A stretch of 64,000 nt of DNA, taken from NCBI RefSeq assembly GCF_009914755.1, contig NC_060929.1; one strand, written 5' to 3'. The notes below the pieces were generated by a model. The model had not been told where the DNA came from and made no database searches. It was given only the letters and a program-made list of their open reading frames with translations. Position numbers and translations under genes: made by a program. Shown one piece after another: positions 1 through 11,556 of the stretch. Positions within the stretch are counted from its first letter, which is position 1. Each line of letters begins with the position of its first letter. This DNA is from the human T2T-CHM13v2.0 reference genome, Homo sapiens.

Positions 1-142
1 TCAGGAGTTCCAGACCAGCCTGATCAACATGGTGAAACCCCATCTCTACTAAAAAAAAAAAACAAAACAACAAAAAAATAGCCAGCCGTGGTGGTGCACA
101 CCTGTAATCCCAGCTACTCGGGAGGCTGAGGCAGGAGAATGG
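1..142 (+). mobile_element. Alu fragment (end of left arm, A-rich linker, truncated right arm)
   Basis: tcaggagttccagaccagcctg...cctgtaatcccagctactcgggaggctgaggcaggagaatgg, then unique sequence. Confidence 0.95.
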
Positions 143-249
143 TCATAAATAAATGTAAAGAGGTTCAATATACCTAAAAATCAAGAAATACGAATTCCAA
201 CTATTGGGATCCACTATTATTTCATGATTAAACTATCTTGGCTAAAATA

Positions 250-500
250 TTGACTCTGCCACTCACTAGCCATGTACAAGTTATTTAATATTTCTGGCCT
301 TCATTTTTCCTTTTTTTCTTCTTTATATTAGATAAATGATAACTATAATTCACAATAAAAATGGAAAGAACTTTAGTTACTCAGAGTAATAATAGCAGCT
401 ACCTAATAAAAATATTTGTAAATAAAATAAAATTGTGCTTCTAAATTGTCTAAATGAAGGCCTGGTATGTACTAATCACTCAACAAATGTTAGCTATTAA
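250..500 (+). mobile_element. MIR SINE, interrupted by a 66-bp insertion at 315-380
   Basis: tgactctgccactcactagc...caagttatttaa...cctcatttttcc and, after the insert, taataatagcagctacct...ctcaacaaatgttagctatta resemble the MIR core and 3' end. Confidence 0.7.
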
Positions 501-639
501 TAATGATAAATCATTCCACGGCTATGAGATTAACAATAATAATAATAGTTTAAAAAGTAAAGCAAACACAAAAGAATGTTGACTGAAGAGGAATTTTAAC
601 GTCCTGCATTGAGGAAAACTTCGCATTTTTAAAGTAGAA

Positions 640-1830
<1,191 letters not shown>

Positions 1831-1834
1831 ACAT

Positions 1835-3324
1835 TTTATTATTATTCTTCTTCTTATTATTATACATTAAGTTCTAGGGTACATGTGCACAATGTGCAGG
1901 TTTGTTACATATGTATACATGTGCCATGTTGGTGTGCTGCATCCATTAACTCGTCATTTACATTAGGTATATCTCCTAATGCTTTCCCTCCCCTCTCCCC
2001 TCACCCCACAACAGGCCCCGGTGTGTGATGTTCCCCTTCCTGTGTCCAAGTGTTCTCATTGTTCAATTCCCACCTATGAGTGAGAACATTCGGTGTTTGG
2101 TTTTTTGTTCTTGCGATAGTTTGCTGAGAATGATGGTTTCCAGCTCATCCATGTCCCTACAAAGGACATGAACTCATCCTTTTTTTTGGCTGCATAGTAT
2201 TCCATGGTGTATATGTGCCACATTTTCTTAATCCAGTCTATTGTTGATGGACATTTGGGTTGGTGCCAAGTCTTTGCTACTGTGAATAGTGCCGCAATAA
2301 ACATACGTGTGCATGTGTCTTTATAGCAGCATGATTTATAATCCTTTGGGTATATACCCAGTAATGGGATGGCTGGGTCAAATGGTATTTCTAGTTCTAG
2401 ATCCTTGAGGAATCACCACACTGTCTTCCACAATGGTTGAACTAGTTTACAGTCCCACCAACAGTGTAAAAGTGTTCCTATTTCTCCACATCCTCTCCAG
2501 CACCTGTTGTTTCCTGACTTTTTAATGATTGTCATTCCAATTGGTGTGAGATGGTATCTCATTGTGGTTTTGATTTGCATTTCTCTGATGGCCAGTGATG
2601 ATAAGCATTTTTTCATGTGTCTGTTGGCTGCATAAATGTCTTCTTTTGAGAAGTGTCTGTTCATATCCTTCGCCCACTTTTTGATGGGGTTGTTTGTTTT
2701 TTTCTTGTAAATTTGTTTGAGTTCATTGTAGATTCTGGATATTAGCCCTTTGACAGATGAGTAGATTGCAAAAATTTTCTCCCATTCTGTAGGTTGCCTG
2801 TTCACTCTGATGGTAGTTTCTTTTGCTGTGTAGAAGCTCTTTAGTTTTAATTAGATTCCGTTTGTCAATTTTGGCTTTTGTTGCCATTGCTTTTGGTGTT
2901 TTAGACATGAAGTCCTTGCCCATGCCTATGTCCTGAATGGTATTGCCTAGGTTTTCTTCTAGGGTTTTTATGGTTTTAGGTCTAACATTTAAGTCTTTAA
3001 TCCATCTTGAATTAACTTTTGTATAAGGTGTAAGAAAGGGATCCAGTTTCAGCTTTCTACATATGGCTAGCCAGTTTTCCCAGCACCATTTATTAAATAG
3101 GGAATCCTTTCCCCATTGCTTGTTTTTCTCAGGTTTGTCAAAGATCAGATGGTTGTAGATGTGTGGTATTATTTCTGAGGGCTCTGCTCCTTTCCATTGG
3201 TCTATATCTCTGTTTTGGTACCAGTAACATGCCGTTTTGGTTGCTGTAGCCTTGTAGTATAGTTTGAAGTCAGGTAGCGTGATGCCTCCCGCTTTGTTCT
3301 TTTGGCTTAGGATTGACTTGGCAA
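1835..3324 (-). mobile_element. 5'-truncated L1PA (approx. PA4/5), ORF2 C-terminal part plus 3' UTR
   Basis: ORFs 2413-2805 and 2074-2304 translate to L1 ORF2 ([11 protein letters not shown]..., MWHIYTMEYYAA); canonical L1 3' UTR. Confidence 0.97.
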
Positions 3325-5028
3325 AGGAATTGAAAATTATTGAAGCTGGAGAAGGGTAAATTATAACATTCTATTTTTGAAGACATTTTAAGGTTTTCAT
3401 TAAAATCTGGATGCATATATATTTAGTTAAAAAATGAAAATGCCAACTAGAAAAGCACACATATGGAAGCTTAGTTTATTAATATTTTTCATATATAAAT
3501 ATACATGCATATAGGTATATGTAAATATATAAATACACACACATCCATGTTGGAGGCTATTCATAATATTTTTATCATATTCAAATACTGGTATTATTTT
3601 TCATCAGTCTAATATGACTCTGGACACCTATCAGAAATAAGGAACATTAGCTAATCAAGCTTGCCTCAATATGTTATTATCCTGACATAATAAAGGTATC
3701 ATTATATCTTGGTAAGTTCAAATGTAAATAATTCAAAGTGCAATCTTGCTTGCCTTCTCCTTGCTGATGTAACAAGGATAGTATAGTTATGTTCACTAGA
3801 ATGAAATAAAATCGGCATTTCTTCTTTATATTAGATAAATGATAACTGTAATTCACAATAAAAATTAAAAGAACTTTAGTTACAGATTACATTTATCTGC
3901 TAAAATATATCTCAAACTTAGATTGTAAAATGATCATTTTTCTTGTTTAAGACCCAAGAAACATTTCAGAAATTAATTATGGTATTGTCATGCTTCAAGT
4001 GCATATGTTCTTAAGACAACTTACATGCTTTACCCTGGGAGTCTATGAACAACCACATTTTCTTATCTGTCAGCTAAATCAGAGACACCATCTACCAGAT
4101 GACTCATACCAGCAATTTAGAAAATAAAATCCACCTCAAATTTGGTCTTCAATTTAAAATTTCTTGAAAGTGTAATGTTACCTCATCAAAATATTAAATA
4201 ACAACTGACCACATTATTCCATGTCTGTACCTCTGTTTTCTAGGATTTTTTAATTTAATAAAAAATTTAAAAATGCAAAACACAAATGCAAACTGGGTTA
4301 CAAAATAAAAATAAAAAATGAAAAACACAAATGCAAACTGGGTTCATCAATAAGAGAGGAAATTACCACTCGGATGTATTTCTTAATTTTTTATTTTGCT
4401 TTGTATTGCTATTTTTATTCATGACTAGGAAAGGCTTTAAAGCCTCTCCTTCAGGAAAAACTGTTTGCCTAAAAGTACAGCTCTGTATGGAGATCTGAAT
4501 TTTATTACTAAATCATTTGTTATTCTTTTTATTCATTTGATATTAATCTTGATTATTGTATCATAAAAGCTCACTGAGAATAGGAAATTCATGTTAATTC
4601 TAAAGAAACATCATTAATATATTTATAAGAAAAATGTTATGCATTTAGTGGCCTCAAACCTGCATACTAAAAGTGACATTTCTTAATGGAAAGAAAAATT
4701 CCACTGTCACCAGCAACAGTAAAGAGATATATTGTATACTGTTAATAATAAGAATTCACAGGGCCATTAGTTGAAAGACTAGAGGGATAGAATACAATAT
4801 CAATTTGTAGAAGGAATGTTTCACAGCAAGTCAATTAGAACAGAAATTATGTCACAAAGCTTGTTTTTTAATAGCATATAGATATTAGCATGTTTTACAT
4901 ATGTTTTTTAAACTAGGTAGGAAATTTAGATTTCCCATTAACATGGACAACAATCCTGTGAACGACTGCTCAGCTTATGTGGTACTCCATAGTCTCTGCC
5001 CTTTTCCTTCCCTTTCCATCTTGCCTAT

Positions 5029-5188
5029 CTATTGGAGAGGAACACAGCCAAGTTCCAATTCATCACTGCTATACACAGTTTCCATGCAATGCTGCCACTG
5101 GCACCAACTCCCTCCATCTGGCCTTAGTCTGAGCATGGTTTCCTCTACAACTGTTGCCAGTCTGTTGCCATAGCAGCAGCTAAGAGGA
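5029..5188 (-). CDS. Candidate terminal coding exon of a microexon chain (...PLSCCYGNRLATVVEE...GCVPLQ*)
   Basis: Minus-strand acceptor gtgctttattcttttcccatcctgtcatag|T; 52 open codons to TAG at 5029-5031; GC-richer unique sequence; AATAAA downstream on minus (4528-4533, 4501-4506). Confidence 0.5.
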
Positions 5189-5800
5189 CTATGACAGGAT
5201 GGGAAAAGAATAAAGCACACTCCATTTTCATGCTTCTTGTTGAGATTTTGTAATGGTTCCAAGGTCCCACTAAAACTATGATGGAAAAAATAAAAACAGC
5301 TTCACCAAAGATACAATAAACATCCTTTTCAAAGAGAAATAACAGTATATAAATGAGAAACATTGAAGCCTGCAAATTGAGAATAAAGGAGCACACACAC
5401 ATGGTCAGAAGGTGACCCACGGATTACACGAATATCAAATTATGAAAATAATAAAGGATAATTTTTAGGTCTTTGTTAATGAAAGATTAGAAAGACAAGC
5501 TATAAACAAACATGTTAGATCAGTGTTTGGAAATTCTTATTAATGAAAAATCTGCAGTAATTCCTTAAATAGCTACATCAATATTTGAATAAATATAAAG
5601 GTAAGCATTTTCTAGGTAGTTTATTATAATTCCATGATAAAAATCATTACCTATGTTTCTGACTTAAAGAGACATATAACATTATATGTGTGCAGGAAAA
5701 TACATCTTATCTGAATTTCACCAAAAACTTATTTTAATTCTATAAATTCTGAAGATTATCATATATATACACAAATATTGTCTACAAAAAGGCAACTTAC

Positions 5801-5814
5801 CATAAACAAAAGCA
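5801..5814 (-). CDS. Candidate 14-nt microexon TGCTTTTGTTTATG
   Basis: ttgatttttattgtcctttaattttcag|TGCTTTTGTTTATG|gtaagt: strong acceptor and consensus donor. Confidence 0.55.
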
Positions 5815-6025
5815 CTGAAAATTAAAGGACAATAAAAATCAATGAATTCTAATCTTAAGCTTAAAAGCCTACTGTGAAAGCTTTTGGCAAATAGAAATAT
5901 TACTAACTCTTAAGGTTCATGTGATGAATATTGAATTGGAAATGTATGTGAAAAGTTCATCATATTTTTCTCCATTCTCCAAGTACGATTACAGAAAATT
6001 CCCAAAGGCCACTGTATCTTACTTT

Positions 6026-6197
6026 TGAAACCATAAGGAGTTAGATTACACCACCTGTTTTACAATCCAGGCTATCCTCAATGTTCACAATTTTCACCTG
6101 TTTGTAACTGAAAACCAAAAGGAGTTAGATTACACCACCTGTTTTACAATCCATGCTAGGCTCAATGTTCACAATTTTCACCTGTTTATAATTAAAG
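6026..6197. repeat. Tandem duplication, 2 x approx. 84 bp
   Basis: ggagttagattacaccacctgttttacaatcc...ttcacaattttcacctgttt starts at both 6037 and 6121. Confidence 0.95.
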
Positions 6198-7122
6198 CTC
6201 ATGGTGAGCTTCAGCTCACCAACATTTCCTCAAATATTTAGTATTATCTCTGCTTCTATACTCAAACATTAGGCACTGTCTTTTCTGGGAAAAAAATAGG
6301 GAAAGAAAAGACAAAGGGTATGTCCTACTTATAATCATGCCACTGAAAAGCTTCAAAACTCAGGGCACTCTCAATGAAAAAAACTGACATTTTCAAGCAT
6401 CTCATTTCAAGTCAGACTTTTCTATATAGAATGTCTGTGATGTAATATCAACCAATAATATAAAGCTTCCTAATAAAAAAGATTGTTTTAAATTTATGAT
6501 AGATACATTTGAAACAGATGATGCAAGTAGGCTATATTGTATTATTTAGTTTGATAAACTAATAGATAAAACCACAAAGTTGTGCCCAAGGGTTTGGCTT
6601 CCAGGTTGAAACCTTGTGAAAGCCAAACAAGCTAAGCCTGGTGAACAAATGGTTTTCATCATCATTTTTATTCGCCATAATTCAATTTATCCTACTATTC
6701 AGCCTGCTTGTAAAAAATACCACTATTATAGTCAAGTCTGCAAATATTTACTAAGTTCTTACCCTGCCCAAAGCACATGAGTAAAATAATGATTTTCCTT
6801 ACTTTCAAGTCCTTTAAACATGACTGATACACAACATGCTTCCTTCTTTGAGCATTACAAATGATTACTGGTAAGGTTGGTGTTTAACATGTCAGCATTG
6901 TATCATTTTCTGCTAAATCGATCTTGTTCATTTGTAACTAGGAGTGCACCTCATAGCAGAGCGGAGAGATTGCCACATAATATCTCAGAGGCGAAAATAA
7001 TTCAAGAGATTTTGTTGTGCCAGGGAGTTAGACACATTTATGCTCTTTGGGTTATGTAGAGCTGTATGATAAAGTAGATGATATGTCTTTATAAACTTAC
7101 ACATTTAACTATATATGCTCAC

Positions 7123-7125
7123 AGG
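7123..7125 (-). CDS. Candidate 3-nt microexon CCT
   Basis: About 30-nt pyrimidine tract (tgc-Tn-ccctttatttttctctcctcctcag)|CCT|gtgagc, with an upstream TGC. Confidence 0.45.
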
Positions 7126-8809
7126 CTGAGGAGGAGAGAAAAATAAAGGGAAAAAAAAGCATTTGAATAGTGCAGAAGACTTCAGTCACCACCACATTCT
7201 AAGCCTGCATGCTGCAGATTGAGCATGAACTGCACTCATGAAAGTTCAGATTCTTCTCAGTTTCTGTGTTCCTCCAACAGTAGGAGCATCTCAGTGGGCC
7301 ATGTGTGATTCCAGTGTTTAAAGATAGGACTTCATTTAAAATGCTCCCAAAATTCAATCCAATTATGTCAACTCATTTTCAACTAGGAGAGACTGATATA
7401 TTCTAATTTGAGAGGAGAGACGGGCTACGTTGGAGCTATTGACAGATATAGCCAGTATGTGGCTGTTATGAATATTTTCAAGGAATTTTTTTTCACTATA
7501 ACAAGATGCAATTTAGAATCTAAAGAATATCATTGAAATACATTTTGTTGTGGAACAAGTAATTATTCTTCAGGCCTCACATGGCCTCGTTCAAATACCA
7601 TCCAGGCCATACAGCAAAGCTGTGTTTTTGATTCCAAAAATCATCATGGAAACTTCTGATCATTAATCTAGATCCCCTGCTACCTGAATAAGTAGAAGGA
7701 ATTCCCCAGATATTAGACACTAAAATTATCCTCTCTCAAATGGACTATCATCCATGTAAATTAACAAAATTGAATTATACCAAACACTTCACATCCGACA
7801 TCATTTTGGCAAATAATAATAACACTTGAATGAAAAGACAACCTGTCTTCAAGAGCTTATGGTCTATCCAAAAAATGGTATGACTTGATATCAGATGGAA
7901 AGTTTGTAGGAGGTTCTCCAGAAGCATATATGAAGGAGTGACTAACACCATATACATACATAAGAGAAAATTTCCCCCAAAAGGTAAGTGTTCAGATGAG
8001 TCTTCCTAAACAATTATGAGATTTCCATGCAGATAATAAGAAGTGAAGAACATTTTTTTCAGAAACATGAATGTGCGTATGACACAAGAATTGAATTGAG
8101 TGTTCAGGAACATTCTATTATATGACTAGAGTATCGACTCAATAGGGCTGGGGCTTGTTAACTTGTTCATTTTCAAATTCCCTCCTAGCTCCTACTATAG
8201 AGTCCGGCTCACACAGAATGCTTAATCAATCTTTATTTGATTAGAGGTAAGTGTCTGGAACACATAATCATCTGAAGTGGGTATACCAAATATAGTGAGA
8301 ATTAGGCTGGAGTGTAATTTGACAGGAAATATTAAATGAAAAATGATTAGAAGAGAAAATTTTACTCCTCTCTCGTTTAAGTTTTGGCATCCCAGCCCTG
8401 TTTTGATGACTAACTGAAGAATGAGGACCTGATTCTACCATGTTGTCAAACTGCTCTGTGTTCTGCCATCATGTCCACATTCCAGGTGGGCAAAAGAAGA
8501 AAGGAGTAGAAGAAGGGTATGTCTCCTCCATTTAAGAACAAAAAAAGTTACTTAATGATATCTGTTATATCCCATCCTCAATAGCTGTCACATCTGACTC
8601 TAGGGACCTTAGAAATGTTGAGTTTATTGTTGGTGTCATATCCAGTTAATATTTAGTGGCCCTATTAAAGGGAACAAAATACAAAATAAACACTGGGGGA
8701 AATTAGCAATCTCTTTCTCCCATTTTAATGGATTTTGAATTTCATCATGTAGGTAATATGATGTAAGCAGTTACTTAGGTTAATGATAAATTTTTAACTT
8801 TATAAAAGT

Positions 8810-9712
8810 TAATAACACCTCCAGTAGCAATGAGTATACCCAGTACCTAGATGATGGTTTCTAATGCCATTCTCCATGAGCTCTCCATGGCCAAAAATGA
8901 AACAAGTTAAGAAACAAAATAAATAATGTATTATTAGAATATAAGCCAAAGTATAAAATAAATTTCCATGAGTCCATTATAATATAAATAAATGATTGAA
9001 TCAAGAGATAAATGGAATAAAAATATCCTGTGCAGAAGAATTCCAAATAAGTTACGTAGGTACACTCCCCTAAGGAAGATGGAGTAAACTTCCAACCCAT
9101 TAAGTGTACGCTGCATGTAGTGACTTCCTTCCAAGATACAATATGGTAAGTGGAGAAAAAGATAAACATTATGGTAGATAAATCTGAGAAACACACCCTC
9201 AGCCAGATGATGAAGGTTAACTTCAATGATATGTAATATTCAGAGAATGTACCCTTGATATGAATGTTTAATTAGAGAATGGTATATTACTTCTGTGGCT
9301 TTTCTCCCAAAGACTTACAACCCCTTTGTAACAATACAAAAATCAGACAAACCTAATTTAATGACATTTTATATAACAGCTTCTTCAAACTGTCAAGGTC
9401 ATAAAAATTAAGGAAAGTCAGAGAAAATGTTAGTTAAAAGGAGCCTAAGGAGACATGAGGACTTAATGTAATGTGGTTTTTGGTTGGGATCCCAGAAGAG
9501 AAAGAGGACGTTAGACTAAAAAACTAAGCAATATGAATAAAAGTATGAGCTTCAGTTAAAAATAATCTATCAGTATTGGTTCGTTAGTTCGTCAGATGTA
9601 TCAGAGTAAGATGTTAATAAATAGAAGAAACTATGCACAGTATATGAAAACTATATTTACACATTTTTGGCAAATATAAAACTATTACAAATTAAAAGTT
9701 TACTTGAAAAGT
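8810..9712 (+). mobile_element. L1MC-type 3' UTR
   Basis: ccagtagcaatgagta...aaaggagcctaaggagacatg...taatgtaatgtgg...aatgaataaagtatg...aaaagttta. Confidence 0.8.
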
Positions 9713-10576
9713 TATAATGCTCAATGTAATAAGTTCTACAAAAGGAAGTAGTATTTAGTTCATGGCCCTTAAAGTTAAGGATAAGATTATTCATCTTTAT
9801 ATAACTTACTACCATCCTGTAAGGCTCTGTGTGAGCAACTAGCCAGCTTTTCTAGCTGGATTCCTTCTATCGTCACTTTCTATTTACAAAACCCTATTTT
9901 AACTCTCATAAATTTGAGAATAAAAGTATTTCAATCACATTTAATTCATTTTACATATTCCACTAGTCAAAATAATTTTTTCCAAAATGCTATTTGCTAG
10001 GAACACTGTAATGTCTTCTGAAAACTTAGTGATCTTGTCTTCTGGAATATGGTATGGTTAATGAAGTCTAAAGTGCTAAAAAATAAGTTGAACAGCACTT
10101 ATGTCAGATGTAACTCATCTTTTTACTTTTTTTCTAGTTGAGGAATTAACTAATTTCAGGCTCAAATATTAGAAAGCTGGCCCCATAGGGCTACTTTCCA
10201 GACCTAACTAGTTATTAACAGATTAGTATGTATAAAAAATATTTTATTGGTAATCATCTAGTCAATAATTTAAATATAGATTACATAATCTACTTTTTTC
10301 TAAGAAAATAATTTTTAAAAAATCCTGCCCCATGAATATTTTTATTTATTTATTTGTTGAATTGGCATTCTTTAAAAAAATATTACTCTAGAGGACAATG
10401 CCCAGGTCATGGTGTGGCACTGAATTCCACAGTAGCCACGGTTACATTGTTGAAAAGATTCTACATGAGCACACTCTGAATCATACAGAGGAATTCAGAA
10501 GATAAGATAAAATACAAAATGTGATTAGAAATACTACCCAGTTGTACCAACTTAAAGTAAAGCAAGCTTGATTTAC

Positions 10577-10596
10577 CAAAATATAAACAAGTAAAC
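10577..10596 (-). CDS. Candidate 20-nt microexon GTTTACTTGTTTATATTTTG
   Basis: atttgcctttcatttccatcag|...TTG|gtaaat; TGC in the tract; 106-nt intron to the 12-nt candidate. Confidence 0.4.
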
Positions 10597-10702
10597 CTGA
10601 TGGAAATGAAAGGCAAATATGAGGTTTTTAGATAGAGTGAAGTAATATTTAATAGAAAAAAATCTTTATTTATCAACGCCCATTTACTAAGTTCCAACTC
10701 AC

Positions 10703-10714
10703 GCCAGAGCCCGA
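10703..10714 (-). CDS. Candidate 12-nt microexon TCGGGCTCTGGC
   Basis: tttattaatttttaaag|TCGGGCTCTGGC|gtgagt; a GC/CpG-rich speck in an otherwise very AT-rich background. Confidence 0.55.
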
Positions 10715-10968
10715 CTTTAAAAATTAATAAAGTACATCTCCATATTTTAATAATGTACAGTTCTGGTGAAATATGGAGACATAAAAACACAACATTATAA
10801 CATAAAGTTGATTATATTTCGAAGACACCCATAGGGCGTTAAGGACACATATGCACAATACACATATGGCAAAACCCCTAGATTTTGGCATTACCAGTAA
10901 ACATAAATACATCGAGAAAGTAACTGAAATTTAAATTTTGCAAAAGAATAGTGAATCAAATATATTAC

Positions 10969-10974
10969 CTACGT
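10969..10974 (-). CDS. Candidate 6-nt microexon ACGTAG
   Basis: ttcccttttctaaaacag|ACGTAG|gtaata; retains a CpG; 254-nt intron to the 12-nt candidate. Confidence 0.4.
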   Translation of the reverse strand, partial: T

Positions 10975-11239
10975 CTGTTTTAGAAAAGGGAATTATTTAT
11001 GATAAAACAAAAGGTAAAATCATAATACATATAACTCTGAAGAAGCCTAGAATGAGAGCTCATAGGAAAGTTACATGATGTTAAAGAAGAAGGAGGGGTG
11101 CAGGAAGGTATGAAAGAAATATGTAAAAAACACATTTTCCTCATGATAAATTATAGAATCAAGATAATTCCTACCTACATTAAGGAAACTCCATTCAAAG
11201 GTATAAACCATCAAAGCCAGACAAAGTAGTTATATAGAC

Positions 11240-11556
11240 CAGGCCTGGACTGGCATTGGTCTCTGGACTGTTAGGAACTGGGTTGCATGGCCTGTGGTAA
11301 GTGGCAGGTGAGCAAGCACCACCTGAGCTCTGCCTCCTGTTAGAACAGCAGTGGCATGTGATTCTCACAGGAGCGTTAAACCTATTGTGAACTGCACTTG
11401 CAAGGAATCTAGGTTGCACGTTACCCTTATGAGAATCTAATGCTTGATTATCTAAGGTGGAACAGTTTCATCCTGAAACCATTGCCCCACCCCTGACTGT
11501 GGAAAAATTGTTTTCCATGAGACCAGTCCCTGGTGACAAAAAGGTTGGGGACTGTG
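11240..11556 (+). mobile_element. MER1B-like hAT-Charlie DNA transposon
   Basis: ctgttaggaactggg...gattctcacaggagc...tatgagaatctaatgc...ccagtccctggtgacaaaaaggttggggactg. Confidence 0.85.

Noticed and set aside
4019-4075. gtaagt donor with possible 18-nt or 49-nt exon on minus
   Set aside because: Weak acceptors and no supporting context.
6026-6197. Repeat arrays as CRISPR-like or prokaryotic systems
   Set aside because: Only two contiguous copies with no spacers, and the window is clearly primate nuclear DNA.
10461-10790. 109-aa minus-strand ORF spanning the 12-nt and 20-nt candidates
   Set aside because: Non-ATG start and AT-rich low-complexity composition. Internal splice signals suggest that at most the tiny segments are exonic.
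10889-10945. Possible 29-nt minus-strand exon (10895-10923)
   Set aside because: Only 45 nt from the 6-nt candidate, too short for an intron, and the pyrimidine tract is poor.
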